A stretch of DNA of 57,695 bases from Thraustochytrium aureum (lineage: Eukaryota): assembly GCA_012862495.1 (NCBI GenBank), contig BLSG01000095.1, positions 27,086-84,780 of the forward strand. The letters are read 5' to 3'. A model generated the notes under the pieces. It saw only the letters and a program-made list of their open reading frames with translations. It was not told the origin of the DNA and made no database searches. This document shows positions 34,824 through 48,000 of this stretch, in pieces. The stretch's first letter is position 1, and the number at the start of each line of letters is the position of its first letter. Made by a program: the position numbers and the translations under genes.

Positions 34824-35460
34824 NNNNNNNNNNNNNNNNNNNNNNNNNNNNNNNNNNNNNNNNNNNNNNNNNNNNNNNNNNNNNNNNNNNNNNNNNNNNN
34901 NNNNNNNNNNNNNNNNNNNNNNNNNNNNNNNNNNNNNNNNNNNNNNNNNNNNNNNNNNNNNNNNNNNNNNNNNNNNNNNNNNNNNNNNNNNNNNNNNNNN
35001 NNNNNNNNNNNNNNNNNNNNNNNNNNNNNNNNNNNNNNNNNNNNNNNNNNNNNNNNNNNNNNNNNNNNNNNNNNNNNNNNNNNNNNNNNNNNNNNNNNNN
35101 NNNNNNNNNNNNNNNNNNNNNNNNNNNNNNNNNNNNNNNNNNNNNNNNNNNNNNNNNNNNNNNNNNNNNNNNNNNNNNNNNNNNNNNNNNNNNNNNNNNN
35201 NNNNNNNNNNNNNNNNNNNNNNNNNNNNNNNNNNNNNNNNNNNNNNNNNNNNNNNNNNNNNNNNNNNNNNNNNNNNNNNNNNNNNNNNNNNNNNNNNNNN
35301 NNNNNNNNNNNNNNNNNNNNNNNNNNNNNNNNNNNNNNNNNNNNNNNNNNNNNNNNNNNNNNNNNNNNNNNNNNNNNNNNNNNNNNNNNNNNNNNNNNNN
35401 NNNNNNNNNNNNNNNNNNNNNNNNNNNNNNNNNNNNNNNNNNNNNNNNNNNNNNNNNNAT

Positions 35461-36817
35461 GGGCGGGCTGGCCACGATGGCGCTGATGCCAGGCTGCTGT
35501 GGATGGCGCCGATGCTGTCCGGCGGCGGGTACTCTAGCGAAGCCATCACGTTCGCCACGGGGCTCGCGAAGCTCCAGTCGAGAAGGTTTCGGTTTGGCGT
35601 GGCGCAGTTCGCGGACGAGGCCAAGGTCGAGGTGTATCATGGGCTGCCGCGCGGCGACGCCGCGGTCGTGGCTGAATTGCTGCGGGCTGGGGCCGCCATG
35701 CCGAGGGAAGGCGCTATTGTTGTCTGTCATAGTGTGAGTGGGTGAGTCGGGTTGCGGAAGGCTGGCGGCGCGCAGCGGAATGCGGCTGGGCTGACGGGAT
35801 GTTGTTGTTGCTGCTGTTGGTGGTGTTGGTTGGCCCGCGCGGAAGACGCCGGACATGTGGATGCCGGGCGCGGCGTTTGGGTGGGACCTCGAGTGGGTTT
35901 CCTGCCCGCCGAGCGGTGCTGGATACCGCATCGGGCGCACGATGTACGAGACCGACCGTGTCCCGGAGGACTGGGTCGCGCGGTGCAACGCGCTGGACGA
36001 GATCTGGGTGCCGTCCCCGTTTCACGTGAAAACGTTTGTTGCGAGCGGCGTGGACCCCGTCAAGGTCAGGTACATGCCGCAGGCGGTGGACACTGCGGTG
36101 TTCCGGCCGCGGGGCTCGCGCCAAGCCCGCGCAAGATCACGCGCCGAGGGCGGCGGCGGTCCGTTCCGCTTCCTGTCCGTGTTCAAGTGGGAGCGGCGCA
36201 AAGGCTGGGACGTGCTCTTGCGCGCCTTTCTGGAGGAGTTCAGCGCCCGCGACAGCGTGGAGCTGGTCATAAAGTCGTCGCGGTTCCACATGGGCGATGA
36301 CGAGAGCACGATGGGGGCCATCGCGGCGTTCGCCAAGGAGGCGGGGCTCGAGTTCCTGGACAACGTCCGCGTGACGGAAGCCGACCTGGACGTGCACGAG
36401 CTAGCGAGCCTCTACGAGTCGGCAGACGCCTTCGTGCTCCCGTCGAGGGGCGAGGGGTGGGGCCGCCCGCACGCGGAGGCGATGGCGTCCGGCCTCGCTG
36501 TGCTGGCAACCAACTTTTCGGGGACAACGGCCTTCATGGACGACAGCAACGCGTTCCCCATTCGGTACGAGATCGCGGCGGGTCCGCTGCCTGGCCACAT
36601 GTGGGCCGAGCCGAGCGTCGCGCACCTCCGCGAGCGCATGCGATACGTGGTAGAGCACCCCGAGGAGGCCCTGGCGAAGGGCCGGGCGGCGCGGGAAACG
36701 ATGAGGCGGTCGTTTTCGCTCGCAGCAGTCGCAAGCTTGGTGGCAGAGCGCGTGCACCGCATCATGGACGAGCGGGCTGGCAGCGGGGCCGAGAGGGAGT
36801 GCCGCGGCGGCGAGTAG
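35461..36817 (+). CDS. GT4 (group 1) glycosyltransferase, plant At3g10630-like; exons <35461-35733 and 35846-36817; 5' end in a gap
   Basis: LLWMAPMLSGGGYSSEA, VCHS, IGRTMYETDRV, FLSVFKWERRKGWDVLL and LPSRGEGWGRPHAEAMASG (E-x7-E). Intron GTGAGT...GCTGAC...AAG (35734-35845) joins CHS-TPDMW in frame. Confidence 0.88.
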
Positions 36818-37043
36818 AGTAGCCCCGGCGCGATGCGTGAGCGCCTCAGGCGGGCGCGCGGCAGAACGCGAGCTGCGGGCGGATGGAGGTCAATGAAACG
36901 AGAGTAAAAGTGTTGTGTATGTAAACGCTCCCGCGCGCGTCACGAGGGGTCTTGGCGTGCGATTGGGCACAGGCGCTCGATCCCACAGGGTGCAGTCGGC
37001 CTGGCGATCGCGGAAAAACAAAAGCAAGGGCGCGCTGCGGCGC

Positions 37044-38911
37044 TCAGAGCTTTGCGCTCTCCACCGCAAGGCTCGTCTCGCGGTTGATCGAAACTGACGA
37101 CTCGCTGCTGGTGAGCTGCGGCGTGAGGTCGCCCGACTCCATCAGCTTGAGGGTGTGCTCTGAGCGGCGCTTGGCAATGGTGCTCGGTGAGATGATGCGG
37201 TCCTCTGCCCAGCCTGGGACCGTGTGGATGTTGTTTTCGATGAACTCTTGCACGCGGATGACTAGCCGCTTGCGGTCCTGGCGCAGCGCCTCGGCGGGGT
37301 TCTTCCTCCGCGAGCGGCACACGCTAAAGACGCAGGTGAAGAGCGCGGGCAGGTGGCGCGCGCGCTTGTTGACGCTCTCGCCGACGCGGACCACAAAGTA
37401 GAACGTGTAAAAGGGAAACAGGACCAGAAACGCGATGGGGGCGGCCCACCAGGCGTTGCGCGCCAGGCCGTCGTACCACATGCCCGTGTCGATGTCCTTG
37501 TGCGGCCAGAACGCGGCCATCAGTACAAGTCCGAGCGACGTGTAAAAGACCATGAGGACAACGACGAGGATGGCGCCGTTCATCACCTTTTGGCTGGCCG
37601 CGACGTCGCGGGCGGCGACCTTGACCGAGCTGCCGGCGAGCGCCTTCTCCATCTCGCGGCGCACGATGCAGCGGAGCCGGAGCGGGATGGGCATGTTGAG
37701 GATGATGCCGGGCAGCGCGAGCGGGAAGACCACGGTCATAATGAACAGCGTGAGCACGATCTCCCACCACGCGTAAACAAGCGTGGAGCACGTGCCGAGC
37801 GGCGGCAGGTCGCGGACGCCCTTGTCGGTGAGGCCCTGGGCCCAGGCGTACTTGAGGTAGACGTGAATGTCGTTGAGGAGGTGCATGTAGACCGGGTTGT
37901 CTTGCCAGATCTCGTTGGCCTGCGCGAACCGGTTGTTGAGCTTCATGTACTCCCTGGGCGTCAGGGAGACGCCGTTCTGGTACATGCGCCGCGCGGTTCT
38001 GACGGCCTTGAGCTGGCTGTAGTTTGGCGCGTGCATCGTGACCGACTTGAGGAGCGCGGTGATTTCCTCGAGCAGCTCGGCGCAGGCCTCGCGCTTCTCC
38101 CCGTTCTTGAACCGCTCGACGATCGCCTCGCTGGGGACCAGCGGCTTGCTGATGTCGACGAACGCCTTGCTGCGGAACACGTGGCCGGCAAAGTAGTTGA
38201 TGCCCACGGCGCAGATTTTCACTGGCGCGCCGCGCGCGATGGCGCCGAGGGCCATCAGGGTCACTCCGGCCTTGAGCGGGAGGAGGTCTGTGTTGTCGTG
38301 CGAGCCGCCCTCTGGGAAGATGCCGATGGTGCCGTTCTCGAGCAGCCTCTTGTACACGGCCTCGAAGACCTCGTCCTGGGAGATCTTGGGCACGACCTTG
38401 AAGCCCGAGCCCGCCGCAAAGTTCTCCATCGTTGCCGGGCTGTCCTCGGGCAAGGGCTTGAACTTGATCTCCGAGTCGGAGACCACCTCCGCCACGGCAA
38501 AGCTGCCTACGCTTTTACTGCGATCATGCACCCCGGCGTGGCCTCTGAGGAGAAGCTCGTCATGGACCCGCGGAGCGTCCTTGCGTCCAGGTCGATGGAC
38601 TCGATCGTGCCGGAGCCCTTGGTGGCCTTGTCCTGGGGGCGCACTACCGGCACGGCTCGGAGCGCGCGCGCCATGTCGCCGACAACCGGCCGGTGCATGC
38701 TCTTTTCCGCGATGATGAACGAGACCTGCCGCTTGCCAGCGGCCTTGAGCATCACCATGGCGTCCACGAACTGGTTAAAGTGCGGCCCCACCAAGATGAC
38801 CGGGCCGTCTTCCGGGATCATCTCCTTGTTGACAATCTCCACGCCGTTCGCGAAGAAGATCTCGAGCGTGCTGGTCATCAGCCATTTCGCGATCCCGTAC
38901 CCGCATCCCAT
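37044..38911 (-). CDS. Glycerol-3-phosphate/DHAP O-acyltransferase, fungal Sct1/Gpt2 type; 1-nt frameshift at ~38511
   Basis: Motif I GPHFNQFVD, PVVRPQD, motif III GIFPEGGSHDNTDLLPLKAG, YFAGHVFRS, ALAGSSVKVAARDVAASQK and C-terminal TM helices. Confidence 0.9.
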
Positions 38912-39380
38912 CTCGCCCGTCGCGCCGCAGCCGCCGCCGCAGGACACCGCACCGCCGACACGAGAGCCGCAACCGCAGCCGCCGCAGAGCCTGCAAACCC
39001 TGCTGCTCGCCCAAGCCCTCTGCTCCTGCGCCGCTCGGTGTCTGCCGCTCGGCTCGAGCTCGTGCTGCCGCTCTTCTTGGTCTCGCCTTCGCGCGCGCTT
39101 TTCGCATGCACTTCCTCCCCCCCGGTCCGTACGCTACACTACCTGTACACCGCACCTTGAACCCGAGGAGACGCGTGGTGCACCTGCACGNNNNNNNNNN
39201 NNNNNNNNNNNNNNNNNNNNNNNNNNNNNNNNNNNNNNNNNNNNNNNNNNNNNNNNNNNNNNNNNNNNNNNNNNNNNNNNNNNNNNNNNNNNNNNNNNGG
39301 GCTTGCGGCTTGCAGGCGGAGGAATTTGGAACTGTGAGGGGACTCGGAAAAGGAACCCTTGAGAGGTGAATAGAGCCAGA

Positions 39381-39462
39381 CCCCTCTCTCACTGTTCCTC
39401 TCATTCGCTCTCACTGCTCCTCCCCTCTCTCACTGCTCCTCTCATTCGCTCTCACTGTTTCT
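39381..39462. repeat. 41-bp CT-rich tandem duplication (x2)
   Basis: cccctctctcactg(t/c)tcctctcattcgctctcactg... repeated at 39381 and 39422. Confidence 0.85.
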
Positions 39463-40006
39463 TTTTCCTCACAAACGCTTCGGAGGAGGCTGCAACGTTT
39501 TTTCTTTTGAAGCGCCTGCCTCTCGCCGACTCGTTCCTGTGTAGGCTGGACGGCGCGTGAGAGAGAGGGAGAGAGAGGTCTGAGAGGAGCGGGCCGGGTG
39601 GCTCTGGGCGTGCCGTTGTTTTCCTGTGTACGGGTGCTTGTTTGGCGCTGCGTGTTTTGTGAATGCACAAAGGGGCTCAGGGAGTGAGTGAGTGAGGCAT
39701 GGTCGCTCCTTGCACCCGCCGGCGTGAGAGAGACATCATGGAGTGGCGGAAAGTGGATCCCGTTCTGAATGAATTCTGGTTTGGCGTTGCCAGTGCGCTG
39801 ACTCGGAGGAGTCCAGAACTCCAGTTGGCCAGCGCCTCTGCTCGCACGCGGTCAAGAGCAGGGGTTGACGCAATTTCACCCCGCGAGCAAGGATTTCCTC
39901 CATGATGAGCACGTGCACAACCGCCCGATCGTTTTGGTATCGTTCCGAGCCGAGCGCGGCGCACAACGGGCAACCCACCCCAACCCGTGTTTCTGCGAGA
40001 GCGTCC

Positions 40007-40061
40007 CGACCCATGTTGCACCAGCGGATCGCGACCCATGTTGCACCAGCGAATCGCGACC
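40007..40061. repeat. 25-bp tandem repeat (x2.2)
   Basis: cgacccatgttgcaccagcg(g/a)atcg twice. Confidence 0.85.
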
Positions 40062-40156
40062 GCGGTCTGGCAGAACGGGAAAACAACGAGCAGACCCACA
40101 ACAACCTGAACCTGACTGAAGCGCGCACGGCAGGCCGCAAGCCCTCGCGGACGACG

Positions 40157-41743
40157 ATGATGATGCATCATGATCCCTGTGAAACCCGCGGTGGCGATGA
40201 CGACGACGAGTGGAGCGTCGTTTCCCGCAAGTCGCGACGCAGCAGATGCAGCTCGATCGCGTCCTCCTCCAAGGCGTCCATGTCGACCTGGTGCGACGTG
40301 GATTCGATGATGGGCGTGCAAACCGCGTGGACTGACTGCGACGCAAGGAGCGTTGCTACCGCCCCGGAGAAAGCCAGTGTGGTCGAGTCGAAGGTCGCGG
40401 AAGCGATTTGCGAGGCGAGCGTTGGCGAGATGGACGAGCCCGATGACACGCATGCAGGCCCGGACACGCGCGGTGACCCGAGTAGAGTGAGCCATCTTCG
40501 GCAGACGTGGCACGGCTCGAGCGTGGCGCGCAACGCCTTTTGCAGGTACATGCGGCGCTACGACCTCACCATTACTCGCCCAGCTCCCGACGCCGTGACG
40601 AGCGTGGACATGCTCGACCCGCTGGTGCTCGTGAACGGAAAGAACACGTTGACCGTGGCGCCTACGCGGCGCACTCTTTGGGACATTGAGCGCACCCTCC
40701 AGACTGAGGCTNNNNNNNNNNNNNNNNNNNNNNNNNNNNNNNNNNNNNNNNNNNNNNNNNNNNNNNNNNNNNNNNNNNNNNNNNNNNNNNNNNNNNNNNN
40801 NNNNNNNNNNNNNNNNNNNNNNNNNNNNNNNNNNNNNNNNNNNNNNNNNNNNNNNNNNNNNNNNNNNNNNNNNNNNNNNNNNNNNNNNNNNNNNNNNNNN
40901 NNNNNNNNNNNNNNNNNNNNNNNNNNNNNNNNNNNNNNNNNNNNNNNNNNNNNNNNNNNNNNNNNNNNNNNNNNNNNNNNNNNNNNNNNNNNNNNNNNNN
41001 NNNNNNNNNNNNNNNNNNNNNNNNNNNNNNNNNNNNNNNNNNNNNNNNNNNNNNNNNNNNNNNNNNNNNNNNNNNNNNNNNGCAGGCAAGGACCAACACC
41101 TGGAAGTCGACCTGGGCGGGCTGGTCGACGTGGCAGCCGTGTCCACGAGCGCCCGCCCGACGCCAACGGTGGTGTTCCCCACCCGGAAATGGCTTGAAAG
41201 GCCGGGATCAGGCGTTGGACCGGCAAGCAGTACCACGTCATCGACTATGAGGCCCGCTGCGCGAGCCACGCCAGGTATTTCCAGCGCTGTGAGCTTTTCT
41301 ACAGGAGCGACAAGGGCTCGCCCTGGATCCGCTACGGGGTGATCAAGGGGCCGTCCAGTGACTATGAGGAGAAGCTGATCCGTTTGAAGAATGCTGGGCA
41401 CGCGAGCGAGACCATCAAATGCCGTTTCCTGCGTTTCGTCCCTGTCTGCAACCCTGAACATGCACCCGCAAGCACATCATACCGCGGCCTGCAGGTCGAC
41501 GTGTTTGGCATTGCTTCGCAGCAACTGCAGAATAAGGCCAACGCACAGGCTTCTTCTGCCGCTGGACCTCTGCCCACGGAGAGCTTTGTCGAGTACCGCC
41601 TTGAGGCTTGGGGCCTGTTCGACCATGCTCCAAAACGAGGTCGGGGTATCAACTACGACTCCTGGCGCGACAAGAGTACTTTGCCCGGAGCCGTGCGCAA
41701 AGAGCGCCAGCGCTCTCTTCGGCTCGCCGTCGGAGACGCATAG
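40157..41743 (+). CDS. Protein with a C-terminal discoidin/F5-8 type C-like (galactose-binding fold) domain; N-gap at 40712-41081 and frameshift at ~41197
   Basis: QHLEVDLGGLVDVAAVST, CELFYRSDKGSPWIRYG, IKCRFLRFVP and GLQVDVFG follow the FA58C pattern (L.VDLG...Y...W..Y...RYIR..P...LR.E..G). Start codon uncertain. Confidence 0.6.
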
Positions 41744-41912
41744 CTTGCTCTAGCTAGAGACGACCTGTATGTAAGTAGCTCTGAGAGTGTAGTATAATGA
41801 TTGATTCGATTCTTTAGAAAACAGTTCGCGCTCGTGAGCTTTGGAGGCCGCTCGTCAAGCATACGACCGGAAGGAAGCCCGCAAGGGGAGGCCGGTCCCC
41901 CGCATTGGCGCG

Positions 41913-43831
41913 CTATACTCCCGTCGGTGACGCCCAGCTCTCTGCAAAGCGCTCAAAGCCGATCTTGGTGTTCGCGGCGCGCAATCGGAGGATCTGGCCC
42001 GCCTGGCGGGCATTGCGCGCAAAGAAGGCTCGCATTGTGCCGTGCTTGGCCTCCTCGTTACCGCCTCGCTCATAGGCAAACACATACCGCATCTCTTCCA
42101 TCGACACGCCCTTGGTCTCGGCCTGCAGAAACACGACCGTGCTGAGGACGATCACGATGTTGAGCACGACGGCAACGAGCATGGTGCCCTGCAACTCGAG
42201 CGAAGAGCTGCTCATTGCGTGAAACCCATAGTCACCAAAGACGATGTTGGTGAACATGTTGGCGACCACGGCAGTGGACATCCCCACGCCGCGGAGCGAG
42301 ACCCCCCAGCTCTCCGCGGGGACGATCCATCCCACGGTACCCCAGCAGATCGCAAACACGACCTGGAACAGGAAAATCATCGCCACGCAAAACGCCTGCA
42401 CGGACGCTGTCTGCGAGTCGGGGTTGGCTTCGGTCACTTCCACGCCCGTGCCGTAAATCACAACGGCGATGAGGAAGAAGACCGTGATGACAAAAATCGT
42501 GCCCCAAACGGTGAGAAACTTGCGCCCGAGGCGGTCCACCACAAAGAGCGCAGCGAAGGTGGCGATCGTGTTGATGCTCTTTAGCACCAGGTCGAACACG
42601 AACGGCTTGAACCCGAGCGAGCTGAAGAGGACCGTGGCGTAGTTCATAAACCAGTTGACGCCCGTCACGTTCTGGCTGAAGGCCACCATCACACCGCAGA
42701 GCGTTGAGGAGAGCGCGGTGCCCCGGAATAGGTCAACAAACCCGCCCCGCTCGATCTTGGCCTCCTCGGCAGCTTCTTGTCGCATCTCGTCCATTTCAAA
42801 GGCCACTGCAGCGTCGGCGTCGGGGTGGCCGCGCGCAAGCCGCACCAATGCTGCTTGCGCCTCCGCCTCGCGGCCCACTTTGACCAGGTACCTCGGGGAT
42901 TCCGGCAAGACCGCCAGGGTGAGGACCAGAATGAGCATGCATGGAATGCACTGCAACGCAATGCCCAGCCGCCAACCCCAGCTCACATCCTGGATTCCCT
43001 GGTTGACCCCGGCCATGATAAGGATCCCGATCGTAATGAAGAGCTGGAAGAGCGTGATGACCTTGCCGCGGTACGAAGCCGGCGCCAGCTCGGCGCTGTA
43101 CACAGGCATGATCGTAAGGATAAACCCGTTGCCCAAACCGCCCAGGCAACGCCCGAGCAGCACCGAGGTCCAAGCAAAGTCCGGGTGGATCAGCCCAGCG
43201 CACGACTGCCAAAGCGCCCCGAGGAAGAAGAGCACCGAGGCGATCATGATGACCGGCCTGCGGCCAAACTTGTCCGTGATAAGGCCGGAAAAGGGGCGCC
43301 GAGCAAGGACGCGACGTGGAACAGGACCGCGAAGAGGGAGATCTGGTCAGCCACGGCGGGCGAGTCGGGCTGGTTTGGTACCAGCGGCGGGATGCCCATC
43401 TCTGCCCGAAACGTGTTCATGCTCGTGATCGCGGTGGTTCCAATGTCCAGGCNNNNNNNNNNNNNNNNNNNNNNNNNNNNNNNNNNNNNNNNNNNNNNNN
43501 NNNNNNNNNNNNNNNNNNNNNNNNNNNNNNNNNNNNNNNNNNNNNNNNNNNNNNNNNNNNNNNNNNNNNNNNNNNNNNNNNNNNNNNNNNNNNNNNNNNN
43601 NNNNNNNNNNNNNNNNNNNNNNNNNNNNNNNNNNNNNNNNNNNNNNNNNNNNNNNNNNNNNNNNNNNNNNNNNNNNNNNNNNNNNNNNNNNNNNNNNNNN
43701 NNNNNNNNNNNNNNNNNNNNNNNNNNNNNNNNNNNNNNNNCATCTTGCCCCTCGAGGGCCTTGTCTTGGTCGGGGTGCGTTTTGGCGTCCGCTGGCTCCT
43801 CCGCTGCGACGCTCGTCTTTTCTGGCAGCAT
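41913..43831 (-). CDS. MFS sugar porter (hexose transporter family); N-gap at 43453-43740 and frameshift at ~43290
   Basis: TDKFGRRP (after repair), PVYSAELAPASYRG, QLFITIG, LPESPRYL, QNVTGVNWFMNY, VDRLGRK and ETKGVSMEEM. Confidence 0.93.
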
Positions 43832-45094
43832 TGTCGCAAAGCTGCGGTTCGCGTCGTGTCGTCTGGCAGGCCTCCAAGCAGTCCGGCTCCTGCTGCTGCA
43901 GTGCGCTGGCGCCTTTGGTTTGGTTTGGTGACTGCTGTCTGCCAGCTGCGTGCTGCTTGGCCAGGTCTCTGGAGCGAGTTCTCGAGCGAGTTTCAACTTG
44001 TAGCCGAGTTGTGCTGCGGTCGCTGCGGTTTCTTGAGCGGTTGGCCTTGGCCGAGCACATTGCACGGTCCATGGAATTCACTGATGAGCGCTTCTCTGTG
44101 TAGGTATGCGCCGCAGTCGCAGTATCTTCGGGGCTGAACCGTCCCGAAGAGGGATCCTTGCAGCCCACTCGCCGAATCCGGCAGCAAGAGGAGAATCCTG
44201 CACGTTGCAAAAAGTGCGCTGCTGAATGCAATCAGAGCCCCGCTCCAGGTCAGTCGTCCTCTCGCGCAAAGGCCCGCTGCTCTCGACTCGGACTCGGAGT
44301 TGGCAACACCGGCAGCGGCGGGTCCTCCTTTGTGGCCTTGCTGAATTACGGAGTTGGAACTGCTGAATGCACTTGTTGTTCGTTTTGCTCGATGTATAGC
44401 AGCCACAAGTGCCGCTGGGCCGCGGCCGGCGCGAGACGCGCTCGTGTCATGCGTGCATGTGCTTTCCTTCTCGTTGGCCAGGGCATCAGCGCGCCTGAAG
44501 ACAGACAGACTTGCCGGCAGCCGCGCTGAGGCCCAAGCAGTCGTGAAGCCCGGGCCCGACCTCCGTCGTGCGTGTTTCGCATCGCAACAACTTGCAAGGT
44601 CAAGACACGCTGCAGAGGCAGCGCGCTAACCTCAAGACCGACGCCGCCTGGCCCGCGATACCGTGGCCGAAGCGCCAACGCGGTGCAGCTGGATCTGCTT
44701 GGCCACCGAGCCGACGACCTCGACCAGGAGGACCTTCAAGGCAAGTATTCTACACGCCACGCAAACGCACGAAATGCTGCGCTCGCGCCTGGTCTGCGCC
44801 AGCCAGAGGCCAGCGCGCCCCGTGCAAGCTCCACAACCGGCCAGCCAGGACGCGAGCGAGCAACTCGGTCAGGGCCGCCAAGCCTGCTCGCGTGCTCTTC
44901 GTTGTTCTTCGCGTTAGGATGAAGGAAAAAATCCGTTGCGGCGCAGCACCGCAGCCGCAGTGCGCGAACGCGAGCGGCGCTTGAAGGCGGGAGGCGCGCG
45001 CGGAGAGGCGTTGGGGCGCGCGGCGCACTTGCTGCAGATACCCTCGCGCGCACTGCCTGCTTGCGGCGCGCTCGTGGAGCAAGTTTGCCGCGAA

Positions 45095-48000
45095 ATGAGC
45101 GAGTTCCTTCGGCGATGGGTGAACCAGCTCGGGCTGGCCGACAAGGTCGAGCAGCTGGAGGCGCAGCTTGCGTCCGGCAAGCTTGTGGCGGAGATTCTGG
45201 TCAGGGCCAGCGCGGTGCGCCCCAGGGTCCTGGAGGAGTTGAGCCCCGGAGGCAGCGTCCAAGAGCGCGCAGACAACTTTGACAGGCTCGAACGCGGGTT
45301 CCAGGCGATTGGGCTGCCGATGGATCGCAAGCTGATCTCCAAGGTGATCTTAGAGGAGCCGGGCGCTGCTGCGCACCTTGTCTTCCAAATGAAATCCAAG
45401 CTCGAGCCGGAAACCGCGCCCCGCTCCACCGGGCCAGTAGACATCACGGACAAAGAGCGACGCGACAAGGAGGCGGCTCTCCNNNNNNNNNNNNNNNNNN
45501 NNNNNNNNNNNNNNNNNNNNNNNNNNNNNNNNNNNNNNNNNNNNNNNNNNNNNNNNNNNNNNNNNNNNNNNNNNNNNNNNNNNNNNNNNNNNNNNNNNNN
45601 NNNNNNNNNNNNNNNNNNNNNNNNNNNNNNNNNNNNNNNNNNNNNNNNNNNNNNNNNNNNNNNNNNNNNNNNNNNNNNNNNNNNNNNNNNNNNNNNNNNN
45701 NNNNNNNNNNNNNNNNNNNNNNNNNNNNNNNNNNNNNNNNNNNNNNNNNNNNNNNNNNNNNNNNNNNNNNNNNNNNNNNNNNNNNNNNNNNCGATATGAA
45801 CCGCGCAGCCCGCGGGCTGTTGACCGCAAAGCAGCTCGGCGAGACGCTCCACCTCGCCAAATTCGACGAGCGACGCGTCTCTCGCGAGTCGAGCATCGCG
45901 CGCAAGGAGCGCGAAGAACAAGAGCAACTAGCCCAAGCTCTATCCGACGAGCGAGCCGCCAAGGCAGCGCGCCTTCGCGCAAACCGGGACTTTTTGGCCG
46001 AGTGGGTCCGAGCAGGGCAAAGGTCGTGGGCCGCAAACCAACGTGTCAAGCGCGACCGCGTCCGCAACGAGCTTCAGTTTGAGCTAACGTGCCGCGCCAA
46101 AGAGCTGGCCCAAGAAAGCTTCTCGCGTGCACACCACGCCAAGCAGGTCAACGCGGGAACTGCTGTCTTTGAGCGAAGCCTCAAACGGCTCGGGCTGGAG
46201 GACGCCCAGGCTCCTGATGATGAGCAGATCCTCGCTGCACTTGCTGCGCCGCACATGGCCCCGAAGGAGCGCGCCGCGAGAAGAGCCCAGATCGTTCAAG
46301 AAGCCATCCACGACAGCCGCTCCGAAGACGAGCGCCTCATGAAGCGCCTCAAATTGCAACGCCAAGAGGCACTCGACGGACGAAAATCACGCGAGCAGCG
46401 CCGCCGGAAAATCCGGCTCGACCAGCAAGCGGTCCAGCGCGAAGCTACCTCGAAAAAGTCCATGGAGACGCTCCTGGCGCGGCTCATCGCTGAAGCTGAC
46501 ACCGACCGCCAAGTCGCCCGCCGAGCGCGGGCGGCGCGCCAAAAGTCGGCACTGCGCGCGCGATTGGGGTCCGCGTTTGCCGCCCGCGCGCGAGATGCAC
46601 AGTGCGCCGGGTTTACAGTTGCGGTCGCCGAAACCCGCAAGATGCTAGCCGAACAAAAGGCCCTCGCGCAGCAGGACGACAAATTCCAAGCGTCGCTTGC
46701 GCAGCAGGCTGAAGAGCGCAGGGCCGCTTCTGCGGCTGCAGAAGCACTCTCAAAGGCCAAGCACACTGACCTTGCGCTTGACACTGTCCAGCGCCTCGTT
46801 GGGCTCGTGCTTGCCGTTGTCGAGTCTCGCAAGGTTGGTGACGAAAGCCCATTCAGCCTCACAACGGCGTCTGCGGACGCTTTTCCAAAGCTGCTTGCCC
46901 CTGCGGTGTGGCGCGACCTCAAGCATGACTTCGTCAAGGGCCAAATACCGCCAGCGCTGGCCCCGCGGGGCGAGGTTAGGAGCGCCACGCCTCGCCTTCA
47001 AGCTCTGCAGTCGGATCCGTCGGCAACTCAAGCTTCTGCTTCCGTGGAGCGCATCTCTCGGGTTGCGCTGCAGGATTCCCTTCAGTTTTTCGGGCTGGAA
47101 CGCTCTCCGATTGACGAGATCAAGGACCGACTCGAGGCCCTCGCAAACCTTACTACCGGCGACGGAGACAGACCAGAGAGCGCGGTGGGGGCTGACCTTT
47201 TGCCCCTGGCTGGCTCGCTCGTCGTTGTGCATGGAGCGGACGTGGAGGCAGCTGGAGCCATTTCCACTCGTCTCAAGCACCGTTTCGGACTTGGTATCGT
47301 CTCTGGGCCTGGCCTCATTGCGCAAGCTCGTGCCTATGCTCGTGCACAGGCCGAGGCGCTGGACTGTACCGCTACCGAGGCTGGGGGCAAGGCCGCCGTA
47401 AAGGCGCCCGCAAAGGCAAAATCCTCCTCAAATCCGAGCGACATCGACAGTGCGACGCGTGACGACCTTTTGGCGGCCCTGGCGAGTCAGGAAGCGCCGG
47501 CTTCGTCGCTTGATCTCGTTCGCCTCGCTTCCTTTGATATCCGCCACGAGTCTCCTCTTCGGCCGCTCGCTGTCCACGGCCTCACCACCACGCACGCGCA
47601 AGCGGTACTGTTAGAGTACATGAACTGCACCGAGGCGTTTCGTGCCGGGTGCACATGGGAGGCATTCCTAAAGCAGGATGCAGCGCAAGGCGCTCTCGCC
47701 CTGGAGGAGCGGCGCAAAAACGAGAGCATTCGCGTCACAATCCTCGTTTGCGAGAAGGGCGTAGATGAAGAGCAGGACTGCGACGTCGCCCGCTGGCTGC
47801 GGGAGCGGGCTGGCCGCTGCGCAAGGGTCAGCATCACTGCTGCCCCAGCTGCGGACCAAGAAGCGTGCTCGGATGCTGTGACCAACGACGAAGAAGTTGG
47901 AGCTGCAGAAGGCAGCTTCGGAAGCGACGAAGACGGCCACGTTCGCGAACCGCAATCGAAAAGCGAACCCGACGCCGCATTTCAGCGGGCCGCGGCCCTT

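Noticed and set aside
37353..39362. Long antisense ORFs (e.g. 37353-39362, 49671-51164, 10568-11917, 21051-22439)
   Set aside because: Shadow ORFs of GC-rich genes on the opposite strand; no recognisable motifs.
43900..45000. Short ORFs between the sugar porter and the SPEF2-like gene
   Set aside because: Short and overlapping with no motifs; likely a divergent promoter/UTR region.
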